From Candidatus Saccharimonadota bacterium (GTDB lineage Bacteria > Patescibacteriota > Saccharimonadia > Saccharimonadales > UBA4665), in contig CP064993.1 of assembly GCA_016699955.1 (NCBI GenBank), positions 990,001-1,022,000 of the forward strand: 32,000 bases of DNA, in the 5' to 3' direction. Both the position numbers and the translations under genes were made by a program. Below are positions 31,612 through 32,000 of this stretch, in pieces. Every line of letters begins with the position of its first letter. Position 1 is the stretch's first letter. The notes under the pieces were generated by a model. That model worked only from the letters and a program-made list of their open reading frames with translations, was not told where the DNA came from and did not search any database.

Positions 31612-32000
31612 TTACCGGGGACGCGTCTCAGCCGTATGGTGGGCAGAAAGTTCAAGCGTGTCGTCTAACGGCGGCAGTTCTACGTTGTCATAGCGGCGGG
31701 AAAGTGCTAGGCGGAGAAGCTCGTCAGCGAAAACAGGGTTTTTGACGAGTACAGGACCATGGCTGTAGGTGCCAAACACATTGTACAAGCGACAACCTTC
31801 AGTTTTGTCCTGGCCATTGTTTCCTTCTCCCCGGGTCACAGTGCCGAAAGCCAGCGCCGGGTCGTCAAGCGTCGTAATGCCACTATGGTTTTCATACCCA
31901 ACCACTGTTCCAAACGGCGTATCGTACGTGGTATTGCCTATCATGCGCGTGTCACCGCCAACGGTTTCTAGCGGTAGCACCCCGATGCCTTTGATTACTT
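31612..32000 (-). CDS. gatD: Lipid II isoglutaminyl synthase glutaminase subunit GatD (CobQ-type amidotransferase), C-terminal part; gene continues past the right edge
   Basis: ..VIKGIGVLPLETVGGDTRMIGN...GYENHSGIT...GEGNNGQDKTEGCRLYNVFGTYSHGPVLVKNPVFADELL matches GatD signatures (GxENHxGxT, GNN, HGP). The reading frame is open to position 32000. Confidence 0.75.
   Translation of the reverse strand, partial: VIKGIGVLPLETVGGDTRMIGNTTYDTPFGTVVGYENHSGITTLDDPALAFGTVTRGEGNNGQDKTEGCRLYNVFGTYSHGPVLVKNPVFADELLRLALSRRYDNVELPPLDDTLELSAHHTAETRPR

Overview
This 32-kb window is an almost unbroken minus-strand run of core translation and transcription genes from a compact, mid-GC bacterium. The long basic L23 tail, acidic RpoB tail, gatD and many 1-4 nt gene overlaps remind me of Patescibacteria/CPR, but that is an impression and not a search result. 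Reading right to left on the minus strand: gatD (partial), recG, a Zn-phospholipase-C-like gene, rsmD, tRNA-Leu(UAG), an SPFH protein, a small divergent plus-strand ORF, a DapF-like gene, hisS, a ydjM-like gene, tig, a small ORF, clpP (CIRCE-controlled promoter), rpoB, rpoC. Next comes a convergent plus-strand nucleotide-sugar dehydrogenase, then the str cluster (rpsL, rpsG, fusA, tuf) and the S10 cluster (rpsJ, rplC, rplD, rplW, rplB, rpsS, rplV partial). There is no CRISPR, no rRNA and no recognisable transposase or integrase. Five things look unusual. (1) Almost every junction of the normally contiguous str/S10 clusters holds an extra co-directional ORF of unknown function: 102 aa welded between rpsL and rpsG by TAATG overlaps, 177 aa between rpsG and fusA, 138 aa (heptad tandem repeat) plus 104 aa (Cys-rich) between fusA and tuf, a J-domain protein plus a tail-anchored partner between tuf and rpsJ, 102 aa with its own promoter between rpsJ and rplC, and a 21-aa hydrophobic micro-ORF between rplB and rpsS. 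(2) RpoC has lost all eight cysteines of both canonical zinc sites and has a divergent trigger-loop motif. (3) A candidate leader-peptide attenuator sits upstream of the DapF-like/hisS operon: a near-leaderless 17-aa ORF with an HHLH run, four CCGG-containing segments and a strong intrinsic terminator, followed by a 28-bp perfect palindrome. (4) A near-perfect CIRCE operator overlaps the clpP promoter. (5) rpoB, rpsJ and rplC have long leaders that may be structured. All promoter and structure calls are by eye against sigma70-type consensus and are untested.
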